64,000 nucleotides of DNA, taken from positions 7,502,001 through 7,566,000 of the forward strand of contig CP075495.1 in assembly GCA_021613535.1 (NCBI GenBank), in the 5' to 3' direction. The translations under genes and the position numbers were made by a program. Positions 1 through 13,834 of this stretch are shown one piece after another (positions within the stretch are counted from its first letter, which is position 1; every line of letters starts with the position of its first letter). A model generated the notes under the pieces. The model ran no database searches. It saw only the letters and a list, made by a program, of their open reading frames with translations, and was not told where the DNA came from. The stretch is from Adineta vaga (Eukaryota > Animalia > Rotifera).

Positions 1-1
1 C

Positions 2-280
2 CAATCTCTATGTGAACTTCCTGTTCGTATTTATTTTCCACCACTATCGGCTCCTGTCGTGCGTCGTGTGCGTGTAGCTGATATTAGTACAACCATAAAC
101 AGTAATGATGATGACGATGAAGGTATGGAATTCAAACAAACAGCATCACCAATTATCGATCGAAAGCATCCATCTCTATCATCAACTCAATCTTCATCGT
201 CCCTTAAAATGACAACTGCTAAAGAACGACGAGAAAGTTATGCAACACTATCAACTATTTTTAATAAGAGATATTTATAA
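2..280 (+). CDS. 3' end of an unidentified gene entering from the left edge
   Basis: Frame is open from nt 2 (QSLCELPVRIYFPP...NKRYL*) with coding-like composition; AATAAA at ~323. Confidence 0.55.
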   Translation, partial: QSLCELPVRIYFPPLSAPVVRRVRVADISTTINSNDDDDEGMEFKQTASPIIDRKHPSLSSTQSSSSLKMTTAKERRESYATLSTIFNKRYL

Positions 281-3200
281 ACAACTTGGAAGCTGAGATG
301 TTTTTGCTTTTTCGTTTGCATTAATAAAAACTTTGACTTGTGCTCTATTTGTAATCATGATGAAAAAAGACTCCGTGACTTTCCCTTCAGAGACATTTGC
401 AAAATCATGATGCGCCACGAGTATTAAGAACAATGATTCATATGATCATCGATGAGAATGTCACAACGGACTCGATAGTAACTGTCTTCTTCCTTTCACC
501 TCCTCATACACACTCTTGTATAATAAACAAAAAGAAACATTGTACTGTTTATCCTTATACATTAAAATCTGTTGAGAATAGACAGGCATTGTCTATTAGT
601 TTTTTTTTATAAACACGCGATGATATTGATTGATTTTTCATTCTTCAAGCAACATGATTCTTTTTCTTATACTCCCTGGAAAAACTCGGAATCATGTGTG
701 AAAATTGCATTCAAGCATGTTTAATTTAGACATTAATTTTGATTTATAATAAGAACGGCGTCGAGTACACAGGAAGAAAAACAAACAAAAAGTTACGAGA
801 TTATGGGTTAAATGTACTAAACTAGAGTCGAAATTTGGATAGAACAGTCTGTTTTTATTACCATTGTCAAATAAATGGACGGAAATGACGATTTTCCTTG
901 CGAAAGTAATATTGAGTAGAATAAATTGCTGAGAACTGAAGGCGAAGTTCAAAATAGTACTCTGTTCCTTTTTTCTTTGATAACATATCGTCATATGTTC
1001 CATTGATTCAAGTAAATCCTTCAAAAGATGTCGATATAAATTTTTAGTTATATAGCATGTTTCAGAAAAGCACTTTCTCGATACAGTGTAGTACCGACAT
1101 AGGTCGTCATGTTCTTCAAGTAGAAAATCTCTTTTCTCAATTCATTTATCACCTTTACGGCTAACACTTGTATTCCCATGTGAATTCCATGATAATTGTA
1201 ACGAGATTCGGAATAGCACATGAAATTAGAATAGACTTATATGTAAATCCAATTTATGGAAAAAAAGAATAGTTTTCTCATAAATTTTTTAAGACATTAT
1301 TATTTATAACTAATCCAATCAAAACATAGATCACGCATTCATGCATTAGACTGATACATGGCAATAATGTTATTAAGTAAAGAATACGTCTTTTCGTTCT
1401 TTGCGTCGTTGATTTATTAAAAAGACGTAATATATCTACTATTTGATCAGGTTATTCTATATAAAAATATACAGAATGATGAGAAAATCGAGACTGTTTC
1501 ATCAATTTTCTTTTGTTTTTAGTAAGATCATTGATGTATAAAAGATAATCGGAAATTTGAAAGTCTACTCCAATCAACAAGAATTCATCTCAGTTAGGAA
1601 GACCACCCTGAAAGAATCATTACAGTTTAGTTTGATTTCTTTTCAGAAAAACAAAGAACAGCTTGAAGTATTTGGCATAATAATTATATCGAAATCAAAC
1701 GTCGTAGATGTATCACGTACTTTTTTACCTAAGATTTCTTATGAATGAGAATTACTTTTTATAGAAGTTTGTTCAAAATAACTTTCAGAAACTTTCCAAA
1801 TGAGACTCTGATAATTGATAGTTCTCTTACAAATACTGAAAAATGAGTCAAATCAAAATGAACTAATGATGGATGGTAATTCTTATTTATGTTTTTTACG
1901 AATATGACACGCATCTTTATCATGCTTCTTTTGTCAATATTTCTCCTACGCATAAAAATAAGAAATCCATATTTGAGAAAGAGAGCGATGGTACTCATAT
2001 CATTTTGATGAGCTTGTTTTTCTGTATTACTATTGAAAAACATTAAAAGAAAAGTTTCAATACAATATTCGATCTCAATAAATAAGTGAATGTATGAAAG
2101 AGAAGATGAGTAAATAAGAAACTAGTTTTTCTTTGCTCCTAATATTTTATCTTTGGTTATATAAAGATCGAATGAAGAAAACGAGAACGAGAAAACGAAG
2201 TAGTTTAGCGAAAGAACTGTCAAAGAATGTAAGTATCACGCTTTTCTCTTTTCTGTCTATTATCTCCGAGGACCTTCTAACAAAATGCATTTAGCCCAAA
2301 TTAATCATTATCTTTCATAAATGTTGATATTGTTTTTCACTCATAGACATTCCTTTTCCAAATTTCTACATATTTTATCCTTATAGTTTTTTGTTCTAGC
2401 TTACCGAAAAAAGCTAAGTCGAATAAACAAATATGCCTGGTAAGAAAGCTGTAATAAATAGTAGAAGTAATTAAACTGTATGCAAATTTATAAAATATAA
2501 TTTACTTTTGTTATTCAATTAACATAGATTATTATCATAAGAAAAATTTGACCTATAAAAAAATGCAAGACTTCTTTGTACTTTTTTGATGAAATTCTGT
2601 TTCTTGCTTCTTTGTATTCAAGCATCAAGGGATTAAGCGAGAAAAATCTTATATTGTAAAGAATTTTACCATGTCATACATAAATTTCTTTGGCGATAGA
2701 AATATATATATATATATATATATGTGTCACTTTTTCTGATGGTAGAATGAGAAGAAATTACTTAGTGAGAAAAACCTCCGTTATAAGAAGAATATAGCGA
2801 AAGGAAATGACACATTTTTTTTTGTAATTCTACAAAATCATATTTCCCGTTAGCTATGTAGCAAATTAGAGGTAACCATCTGTTAATATTGTAATTATAA
2901 ATAACAGAGAATTTAAGTCATTTATTTGTTCTCTCAAGTATTTACGCATGTTTTTCTATACCATGTAATCTATCCGTAGATAAACAGGTCTGTTTTCTAT
3001 ACATCAGATACTTTCTATTCGAAAAGATGAATCTAGGTTTGGTTATTATATTGATTCGAATTGAAGATTCATGAGATAAAATAAATTGAATAAAGCTTAG
3101 TTCTCCATATTATTCCTCTTTAAAATAATAAGATTGACATTTCTTTATTTTTCTTCATAGATCAGTTAGTACTCTGATGAAAATAGTACAACGAATGTAA

Positions 3201-3333
3201 TAGAACATCTGTCTATGAAATCATTTTTGTCATACTGTCATTCTATTTACTAGATTATCTAAGCATATGTTTTCATGATTTTAGATTAGATTTATATCAA
3301 CCATTTTTATTTATTACATATGATTTTATCTCA

Positions 3334-5269
3334 ATGAATTGTACCGAAGGTAAGAACTAATTAGTGTGTTCTTTTTTTGTTTTCTCTTCATAAAATCTAA
3401 TAAATAAATATTGAAATTTATTCAGATCCTAGTCGTCATAGCGAAATATATTTTCGCTCACCTTTTGCATTCTGGACCTTAGGTGTTATTAGTGTGATAT
3501 TATCAACATTAGCTGATGCGGGTAATTTAATTAATTTATTTGTTCTTACTCGACGTCATATGCGATCAACAATGACAACACTCTTAGTAACCCTTGCATG
3601 GGCGGATCTCGTTCCGCCGTCGGTTGTTTCAATGAATAACATATTATTTTATTATTTTTTACCACATCTACATTATTCATCGACATTTTTAACTACACAT
3701 ATGATAACTCGAGCAGTTTTCAATGTCTTAGCAAATGTATTTACAACATATAGTAATTGGTTGATTGTACTCATTACTACATTTCGATTAATTGTTGTCA
3801 AGGTAATGAAAGAAGAACGTTTCTTGAAAAATATATATATATCGATTAATATTGAACATTGTCGACACTAATTAAGCGGTTAGAAATAGACATAAATCAT
3901 AATATGTCACGAAATGAATAACAAACATCTTGAATTTTCATCAAATCTGTTGACATATCTATCTATTTATTACAGACGATGGAAGACAGAGAAGATACCA
4001 TATGTTCAATTATGTTCGACAGATAATACAAATGACATGTAAACAACTCTTTTCTTTAATTTCATTATCTTACGAAAGAATACGATATGATCTATATAAT
4101 TTCCAAACTATTTCCTTGAGTAAAAAAGATAGTTCTTCTAACAATTAGAGACTTTTATCTTCCGGATATGTAATAAATCATGGTGACTGTTGATGATATA
4201 TTTCAAAAGAAACTCTAAGACATGACGTATAGCATTGATCTATCTCATTCTATATTGTCTGACAGTTTTCTATGTTAAAAACAAAATCAATGTTTTGTAT
4301 TTTGTTCATTTTTTTTAGAAACCATTAGTAGCAAAACATTATTGCAATCGTCGTACGGCTCGGTATGCAATTCTCTTAATATTAATATTATCTATCTTTG
4401 TTAATTTACCCTTGTTTCTCTTTACAAATATAAATACATTTTGTACACATAATGGTTTAGTGAAATATTATGGTCTTGTATCATCAAGTTTTCTTCGAAC
4501 ACGATTTTTTTCTCGATTATTCTATCCAAGTATGGTAATTATTTCTCTCTTAGTTCCCTGGTTAATATGTTTTCTAATATGGTTATTTTTAATTCGTGCT
4601 TTACGTTCAGCTCAAAATCAATTAACAAAAAAAAATGTTAATACAACTTTTCGAAATGATCGTAAACAAGATACATATTTTCGTATTACTTTAATGATTG
4701 TTTGTGTTTTAACTGTTTATATGATCTGTCGAAGTGCACATCTTTTCGAAGTTATACATCTTTTAATTGCTCCATTATTTAGTCGAGAACAACAAATTTA
4801 TTTCAATCAAATTCGTATTAAGGTATTTTGTATATCAAATATAATGTTAACAATCAATCATGGTGCAAATTTTTATATTTATTCAATAAATCCGAAATTT
4901 CGTTTGACATTAAAATTATATTTAACATATTATTTTCGTCGTTGTCGAATCAAACGACGACGAGCATTTACATTATTTCATCTACGTCGAAAGAAAACCA
5001 ATGATAGTCTTGATATGTTAAGTACACAAAATGAATTGAATCGTTCGATTATGTTAACAACTCCGAATTTAAATGGAAGAAATGATATAATTCAAAATAA
5101 AATCAATAATAAAATGACAATTAATGAAACAAATCCAAATCATAGTATTCGAACACCACAAAAATATCTAAAACATTTCGTTGAAATCAATTCCACAAAT
5201 GAGAATTCGGAGAAAAGTTATGTTTGGAAAGAAATTGAACAAAGATTAAAAAAACAACGAAGATTTTAG
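3334..5269 (+). CDS. Rhodopsin-class peptide-type GPCR, 3 exons (3334-3349, 3426-3802, 4319-5269)
   Basis: Spliced frame MNCTEDPSRHSE...; TM1 GN, TM2 LAWAD, TM3 'FRL' at the DRY position, TM7 NHGANFYIY..PKFR; GT-AG junctions in phase. Confidence 0.85.
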
Positions 5270-6242
5270 TTTTAATGAAAATATCCATTGTGAATTCTAT
5301 GTTCTTATCGAATTACAAATGTACAGTCGTTTATTTTTGTATATTGTGAAAAAAGAAAAATAGAGAAGTTTAACTTTGATTTCTTTTTTGTTATTTGTTC
5401 GAAATAGATATGGAAATTATTTTTTTAATGAACTATTCGTTTCCATCATAGATTGATCTGACGAAAAAATGTGACTTGGTTTCAATCAAATTCAGGAATA
5501 CGAAATATGATTTTTGTTTCGTATAGATAGTTGTATAGAATGGCAAATAAAATGCTTTGTGTTAATGATATTTTCGATCATTAAGCCTTATATGATTAAT
5601 GGATTAGTAGACATAAATAAAAATACGAATAAGTGCAAATATTATTTATCATATAACATAAAAAACTCATTAGCTGTTTGATGTTTCCAGTTCTTATTTT
5701 AGTCTTTTTCGGATGAGTTACAATCGATTTTTGGCCTGATACAAAGAAGATTGTAAGAAAAATAATAATAAATACATCAATTATTAATCTGATATGTAAG
5801 AATAATAATTACACTGAAGAGAATATTGGAGAAATACTTTCACTCATCTGTTTTCTTCTCATAATGTCAAATATGATTTAATAGAAATCAAAATCATTGG
5901 TATTTTGGAATTTATCATAGTTATATTCTTTCATCAAAAATACTGCATGATCTCTATTAGTGGATTTAGGATTTGAATTCATTTACAATGTTTACGTATT
6001 CAATGATCAATATCTCGTATCGAAAATTTATTTAGTATGTTGCGAACAATTCATAGCGATGTTTATGTCTGTTTTAGAATGTTTTTGATTGATTTGTATC
6101 AATTGTAAATCTGTATTTTGATAAATATTTTTAGTCATCCGATAATCCATTTATCTTAAAACAACGACATTAATCTGTGATTAGAAGTAAGGAATCGTTT
6201 CGTTTCGATTCCAATGAGACGTATAGAGTTCTTTGTACATGA

Positions 6243-7879
6243 TTATAACTCATCAATTCGACATGCAATTATTAAAATGTCATCTCGGCCATCGGCAATA
6301 TATCCTAGATATATCAAAATATAATCTTTTCAAAATGATAGTTTCGTATTACCCTGAAGTGCTTGATTGAGAAGATCATCCGCTAAGTTTTGAAGATACT
6401 AACGAAAACATATTTTTAGAAAATAAAAATTATCGATAGAAACAATCATACTGTATTTGCATTGCGTTTAATAACTTGTTGTAATTGATGAGTTTGAATA
6501 ACATCCCATAAACCATCGGATGACAAGATAATAATATCATCTTTTTGAACTTTAATTGTATCCAATGAACAATCACGTAGAATTTCACTAGAAGACAATG
6601 TATAGAATGAAATCATGGTGGAAATTTTCATTATTACTTTTCATTGATAAAACAAGGTAAACCTAATGAATCATTTAATGAAAATAATTGTCGTGGTGCT
6701 CGACCATTTGGATTTAGTGTGGATTTTGATCGACTATATATTTCATTATTTCGATAAATAACAAATCCACTGTCACCAATATTCAATGATGTTAATGTAT
6801 GTTCTTCTTTATCAAGAGCAAGTAAACATAATGTACTACTACCTACGAAGAATTTTCATATGCATGAAGTTTTGAACATTGAAAAGTTTTACCTCGAACT
6901 TTTCTTGCTTCAACTTGTTCCATGGCTGATAGAATTAATTGCGGTAATTGTTTGGGATGAAAATGATTTTTCTGTAATAGATTTCGACAAGCATCGAGAA
7001 CGGCTTGTGAAAAATCAGCTGGATTCAGTCCAAGTGAACGATTTCCACCAGCACCATCCGCCAAACCTAGAAAAGCAATTATTTCTTTCTAATCATTCTT
7101 TGTTAAAAACTTTACCAACAAAACAAAATGAGCGATTATCTACAAACATTCCAGCATCATCACCAAAATCTCCTTTATTTATATTTAAATTTGACAAAGG
7201 TACTTGTCCTCGTAAAGATTTTGACATGCCATTAACAGCAATATTTAAACGTAATTTTGTTTCATTAATAGTTGGATAGATTCTTTCTGGAATAGTCGGA
7301 CGTTTGGGTACTTGATACGTTTTTGAACATATCGACTGACGTTCATTAGAAACTTGTTTGGTTTTATTATCGAATTTTTCATAAATATATTCGAGAAATG
7401 TATTAATACGAGGATTATATGATTTCGTTGAGAACCGTGTTTCATCATAGATGATTTTGGATTCCGTTCGAGATGATATTGTTGATAATGAGGAAGGTGA
7501 TAGTTTTCGATGAGAACGATTGGGTACAAACGATGAATGACTACTGTATATGGATCGAGGTTTAACATTTCCTTGACTATATTGAGAAAGGCTGGAACGA
7601 CGACCAGAATAGGATGAACTAATATCAAAACAAAAAGAAGATTTAGGAAATCAATCATGGTAACACTTACGTATAATCATAATTTTTAGTTGTGGACTTT
7701 TTATTATTGAGCATTCTTAATTGATCACTATGTCCATTGAGAAATTTTTCAATATCAATAAATGTTTCTTCATTATTTTTCATTTTAATCGGTTGTCCTT
7801 TTCCATAATCGACGTAAACTTCGTAGCTATCATCAAAACATGAATTTGGGAGAGAAGTTAAACCCTTCATTCGAGCCAT
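6243..7879 (-). CDS. PTC7-type PP2C protein phosphatase with N-terminal low-complexity extension, multi-exon
   Basis: Motifs FGDDA, LADGAGG, GSSTLC, NIGDSGF, IILSSDGLWD and DDILII read across exons. Confidence 0.85.
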
Positions 7880-8456
7880 TGAAGAGAAATTTCGTGTAGA
7901 AAAAAAATGAGAAGTTTTCAACCTCGATGTATTTATCCTTCACTTCTTTCGTTAACTTGAACAAGTGATGTATGTAGGTACACTCAATTAAAATAAATGA
8001 ACATTTTGCGCTTCATCGAACAAGTTTCTATACTCATATTATTTATCTACACGCTCACCTAATCATTAGTGTTTCAATTGACATAAAGTATAGAAAAGAA
8101 AACGAAGAAGAAGAGATAATGAAACACGTTGATAAAAGACAAAAATAAATCATTTCGTTTTTCTTATTAATCGCTCAGATGCAAACTGTTCATACAAGCC
8201 TTGACATCCATGACGAAGTTTAAGCATGATATTGAATATGTCATATGAATACGTTTTCATGTTTGACACTCGTAACTCGTATAGAAAGAAATGAAAATCA
8301 ATATTTACTATTCAATTTAACTTTCATAACGAAATTGAAAACGTTTTAAAGATCTATTCTTTGAAAGAAAAAAAAATGAATCATAACTAATATATCAAAC
8401 TTCGACTACACAGTTTTAAAAAAAAAGAAAGTTTGAATTATAAAAATCTGAATAAA

Positions 8457-10033
8457 TTAACTAATTTCTTGTGGAAAATATTGATTAAAATAAGCTTGAA
8501 AATGATTTATATCAAATACAGTTGTCCGATAAGCAATATATCCATCTGGACGAATAAGAATAGCACCTTCAAATTGAATTGGAAGATTTCCTTCATGAAT
8601 TCGAATTAATTTCGAATATTTAACTTTAATTAATTCAATAAATAGATTCACTTTTGTTGATCGTTGTACATTCTCAAAAATAACAAAATGATAATAACAT
8701 GGTTCAAAAATAACATAAGGAAATCGATCACCCGGCAAAGGAGTATTTCGATGAAAATTTCCAGCAGATGCACCATAATCATAGATTTTTGATGAACAAT
8801 AAGTAATGCCAGTTTGAGAAAGTCGACGAAAGATAAGTTGTCGTAATCTATGCGAAGAATTTAATAATGGCTGGACAAGAAATCGAAGTAAATATGGTGT
8901 TATATAAAGACGACAAAATCGAATAAACCAATGAGGATTTGAAATAAATGAAAACATTCGATCAGTAGTATTAACTAATGTTTTTGCCACTTGAAATCGT
9001 TCATCATGATAGGTATCAAGAAGATGATCATGGGGTGAATGCGTTAAAACATAAGCTAATTTCCATGCAAGATTATATGCATCTTGTAGACCGGTATTCA
9101 TTCCTTGACCACCAACAGGTGAATGTATATGAGCAGCATCACCAAGTAAGAAGTAATGCTTTCGATAACGAAATGTTGTAATATGACGATGATGAGAACG
9201 GTAAATTGATGACCAATTACAATTTGTGACATCTAGATTAAAATGTCGTGTACGAGTTTTCAATACTTTTGTAACATCTTCTATAGAAACTTGACTATTT
9301 TCGGGATTTTCATCACGAATTGATCCCATAAGACGAAATCGATTGTTCATTAAGGGAAAATTCCTGCTAAACCAGTTGATTCACAAAAGATTCCCATTTC
9401 ATTTTGTTGAATTGGTGATTTATCAACTGTACAATCAGCAATAAATAATGATTCCGAATAAGTTCGTCCACTAAATGGTAAATTTAATTTATGTCGAACA
9501 AGACTTCGTGCACCATCACATGCACAAACATATTTTGTTCGAATACGTTCACCATTTGTTAATGTAACTTCAACACCACTACCTTTCACACCCTCAAAAT
9601 CTTGTATATCAATAGCTTCAACATTTCGTTCAACTTGAATATTATGTTCATTTAAAAATGATTCTAACAATTGTTCAGTTGTAGATTGTTCAAGAAAAAG
9701 TACATAAGGATAACGTGTAATTAAAGGTTTTTGCTCAGTACGAATTCTTGTAAAATCTACTTGAATAGCACATTGCCCTTGGAAATATCCTTTTATTGTA
9801 TCAACAAGATTTCCATGGGATAGAACTTTTTCTATAAGATTTAATTGAGCAAATAATTCTAATGAACGAGCATGAACAACTAATGCACGTGATTGTGTTG
9901 TACAACTTGAATTTTTATCAATAATACGAACAGATATATTGGAATAAAGTGATAGTTGACATGCTAACATAAGACCAGTAGGTCCGGCACCAATAATTAG
10001 AATATCTGTCGATGATGATGATGATGATGTCAT
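8457..10033 (-). CDS. Intronless FAD-dependent aromatic monooxygenase (PheA/TfdB/Rox-like), split by a single-base frameshift at ~9350
   Basis: GAGPTGL Rossmann motif, ACDGARSLVR, LLGDAAHIHSPVGGQGMNTGLQDAYNLAWKL and C-terminal LIRPDGYI; the two ORFs overlap at TAATG. Confidence 0.9.
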
Positions 10034-10382
10034 TTGTGATTTCTAATGGAGAGAATATTTCATTTATTTAAGGAATGAAAAGATTTTTCTCGAATATTTT
10101 ATTTTTATTTTGACGTCGAATTATTTACAGCACTACTATTATCTAAGTAGAATAAAGAATGATAGATTGCTTTCCTTCCTTTTTTTCCTCTATGTTTTTT
10201 CATTGGTTATTAGTCATAAAGTCCATAAAGAAAAGAAAATGGCACATGCTATCCAATCGTACTCGTGTGTCATAAGACCAAAAGTAATCACGCACATCAA
10301 TAATAAAATACCTTTCACCACATAAACAACCAAATCATTCATTCATATTTGCGGTCATTACTCAACGAAAACGAAAAGTAAA

Positions 10383-12049
10383 ATGCCCATTTCTATAGGT
10401 CTTTTACCAACACAACAAGAATCATTTGAACATCATGAAGAGTTAAGTAAATTACTTAAAGAAACTGATGTGTTTTATGTACCATTTCAAAATGATTTTC
10501 ATCATCACAATAATACTATCAATCAAGATCTATCGGAATTAACTAAACGATTTGATGAAGATATTTTAAATAAACATTTAGTTGTAGTAAGTTTTGTTTT
10601 ATTATTTCATTCGATTATATATGTTTTTCTTCTCATTTTTCAGACATTTCGAAATATTGGCTATTCATTATTTCTTGACTCAGTTCGAAGTATTCCTGAT
10701 CAATATGATCATTCGAAGGTAAAAGTTGAATAAAGAACTTCTTTTCATCGTTTGTTTTTCTGTAATTTTAGACGCGTATTTCAGGTAAAATGATTGTTGA
10801 TGGTATCTGTATCCAATTTCTCGGTTGTTTTGATTGCTATAATAAAAATCACGAACATTCAGATAATCAACAAATCAATGGTGTTGGTAGAGTTCAATTA
10901 GATGAAGATTATTATCGAGAATTATCATCAACACAAGTATGTTGAAAATAGCAAAAAAAGATTTCAAAAAATTATTTTTCTTCTATTTTTAGATGTTAAT
11001 TGAAGACAAGTAAAATTGAATATAACATTTGATTATTTCTTCGAATATTGAATCTTTCCTCTCTCTCTTTTTTTGTTGTTAAGAATTGCTGATTCAACGG
11101 GACATATGGATGATATAAGAGGAACAGAAAAACTATTTCCTAAAACTAAAGCACGATCACGAACGATTAGTGAAAATATTCTCGGTAAAAATCATACAAA
11201 TGCTTTAAAAAGTCCACCAACATCGTTGTCAAATTCACGATCTCATTTACTTTCACCAAGCCATCTGCCATATCCGTTGCGATCACCTCGAACAATGGGT
11301 AATGCTAATAAACAACAACATCAAGCATCATCACCAATTAATATAGACAGTTCATCAGTATCACGAAGTTCAGGTATAAATATAAATATATATATATATA
11401 TATATACAAATTCATTCTTCTATTTTTATATCAAAAATATCTTCTAGGTTTTCATTCAACATTTATTTCGCCTTCATCCAGTGTACCTAGTTCATACAAT
11501 GAAAATCCACTTGATTCATCTCAACAACATCATACACCTATTCTGTCTCAATCTCCTCAATATTCATCATCTCTTCGTAATCCAACAACAACAACGACAA
11601 TGCCAATACAAATTCCTTCAACAACAACAACAACAACATCAGCAAATATTACAATTTCACCTTCACCATTACCACAATTCACTGGCATATTTCCTATCAC
11701 ACAATCCCATTCATTACCAACCTATTTCATTCCTCAAGGAAATTTTGCTTATTTTATTACGAATCCAAATCAACATTCAACACAACCTCTACATATGTTA
11801 ACATCTTTGAATCCTCATTCATTACCATTTTCTCATGCTCATTATTCACCTTTATTATCAAATCAAGCGTCAGCAATCAATGAATCATTATTATTACTAC
11901 AAAATAAACAAGCTCAACCAATGGAAACAAATAAACAAGGTGAAGAACAATTACCATTTAAAAAACGACGTTATGCTGGTCAATCATCATCTGTCTTTTC
12001 ACCTATGGATACAAATCAACATGAAGATGACGAAGCATCTAACGAATAA
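10383..12049 (+). CDS. CBFB: Core-binding factor beta (Brother/Big brother) homolog with long C-terminal disordered tail; 6 exons (10383-10586, 10644-10718, 10772-10936, 10993-11009, 11084-11373, 11448-12049), 450 aa
   Basis: LLPTQQESFEHHEELSKLLKETDVFYVPF and KMIVDGICIQFLGCFD...INGVGRVQLDED align by eye with CBF-beta VVPDQRSKFENEEFFRKLSRECEIKYTGF and PMILNGVCVIWKGWID...LDGMGCLEFDEE; exon lengths sum to 1353 nt in frame. Confidence 0.75.
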
Positions 12050-13185
12050 ATGAAAAAATAAAATTCTAATTTTAATTGTATAAAGTTCTAATTTTATATG
12101 TTTTATAGTTGTTGAAATTATTTTACAAAAAAATATTTTTCTTTTGTTTTGTCTTATGATGTAATCTATATTTTCATCTTATATGTATACATTTATTGAC
12201 ATATGTATTCCGTTCTCATCAGTGTTTCGATCAAGACTCAGTACTTTACAATCCGGTATGAAATAAACCAACGAATAGAAGAACATACAGTATTGTTTTG
12301 GCATTAATGACTTACAAGATAAAATGATATACGATCTTTTATTTTCTATTATTCATAGAACATTCTAATGAGTCATTCATTCTATTTACTCTACTTCAAA
12401 TGATGAATGAATATTTCTTTCTATTTGTGTACTCATCGAACTTAATTGTATGAAGATAATTTTTAAGAGAAATATGTGAAGCATTTATATTTATGTGATT
12501 TGTTTTATCATCTATGAAAGTGAATCAATAGTGAAAACATGCAGTTAAGCCTTTCCTTGATAATTATTCATTAATACGATGAATAATCAACTGTAGATTT
12601 TCAGAAAATTGAAAGATGTAAAAACGATAATTTTTACACCTGATCGATACATCTATCACTAAGAAAATGTAACTCTTTGGCTATGATTATCTGTAATATC
12701 CAATCGTTATGTTCAGTATATTTCGTCATACTCTTTCATCTATAATATTCTTGTCCTACTTCGAATGATTGATAACCTACAGAGAATGAAAGAAACAGAA
12801 ATACTCTTATTCTTTTCCTGTGTTATGTGCCGATATCTGTTGCTTGTTGTATCATACATACAACTAAATATCTATAATAGGAAAGCCAACTATGTTTGGT
12901 TGGTCCAAGAAAAATATTCTTCCTATTCTTCTTTCTTTCGTTCTTTCTTTCTGATAGATATTCTATGAGTTAGAAATAACAAAAATAACGTTAACGAAAC
13001 ATAACTTGCGACTTTTTGTTGTATTCTTCTTCCTCTTTCTATAAGGATAGCTTATTTTTGTTCGACCCCACCCACTGCTTTGTGTTCTTATTCATAGAAT
13101 ATTGGAGAATCTCGTACATCCATCTCTATTAATATAAAATCGGATAACTTAGTATACTATTTGTGACCAAAAATAAAACTGAATT

Positions 13186-13834
13186 ATGTCAACTCCACAT
13201 TTTTGTGATCGTTGCGGATCATGTGGCAAAAGTTTTGGCCGAACAGAACCACGAACGATGTTCAATAATAAAACTTATCATCAAAATTGCCTCAAATGTG
13301 CTAAATGTCGAAGTCCTTTAAGTGGAAATTTCTATCCAACATTAGAAGGTTTCACATGTGAACAATGTCATAAACGTATTTCAACTCGTTGCAAACGCTG
13401 TGGTAATGCTATTGAAGCTGGTATTAAATATAAATTATATAAAGGACAAGAATATCATCCGGAATGTTTCTGTTGTTGGTCATGTAATGCACAAATTAAT
13501 GAAGGTGAACAATTTTATGAATTACGTGGTTATCCACAATGGTAAGTTTCCAATCTTTCAAGTCCATAGACATTGAATTTACTTTTTTTTTTCTATATTC
13601 TATAGTCCCAAATGTCATAACGAAGGTAAACAAGAATTTGCTGATTATCAACCAGTTGAACTTCATCAATGTGTCAAATGTCATAAAACAATTGAAAAAA
13701 CACAACCATTTTCATACTATGAAGACAAAACCTATCATAATGATTGTTTTACATGTAATCGGTGTGGTCTCAGTTTAGTAGGAAAACCATGTCATCGTCT
13801 TGGTTCAGCTATTGTCTGTCCTAATTGCAATTAA
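13186..13834 (+). CDS. LIM-only protein with 3 LIM domains; exons 13186-13541 and 13606-13834
   Basis: Three C-x2-C...H-x2-C-x2-C-x2-C...C-x2-C arrays; one phase-2 intron. Confidence 0.9.

Noticed and set aside
397-3300. Short ORFs (397, 692, 1557, 1759) in AT-rich DNA
   Set aside because: No recognisable motifs or consistent splice structure; possibly decayed sequence, but unsupported.
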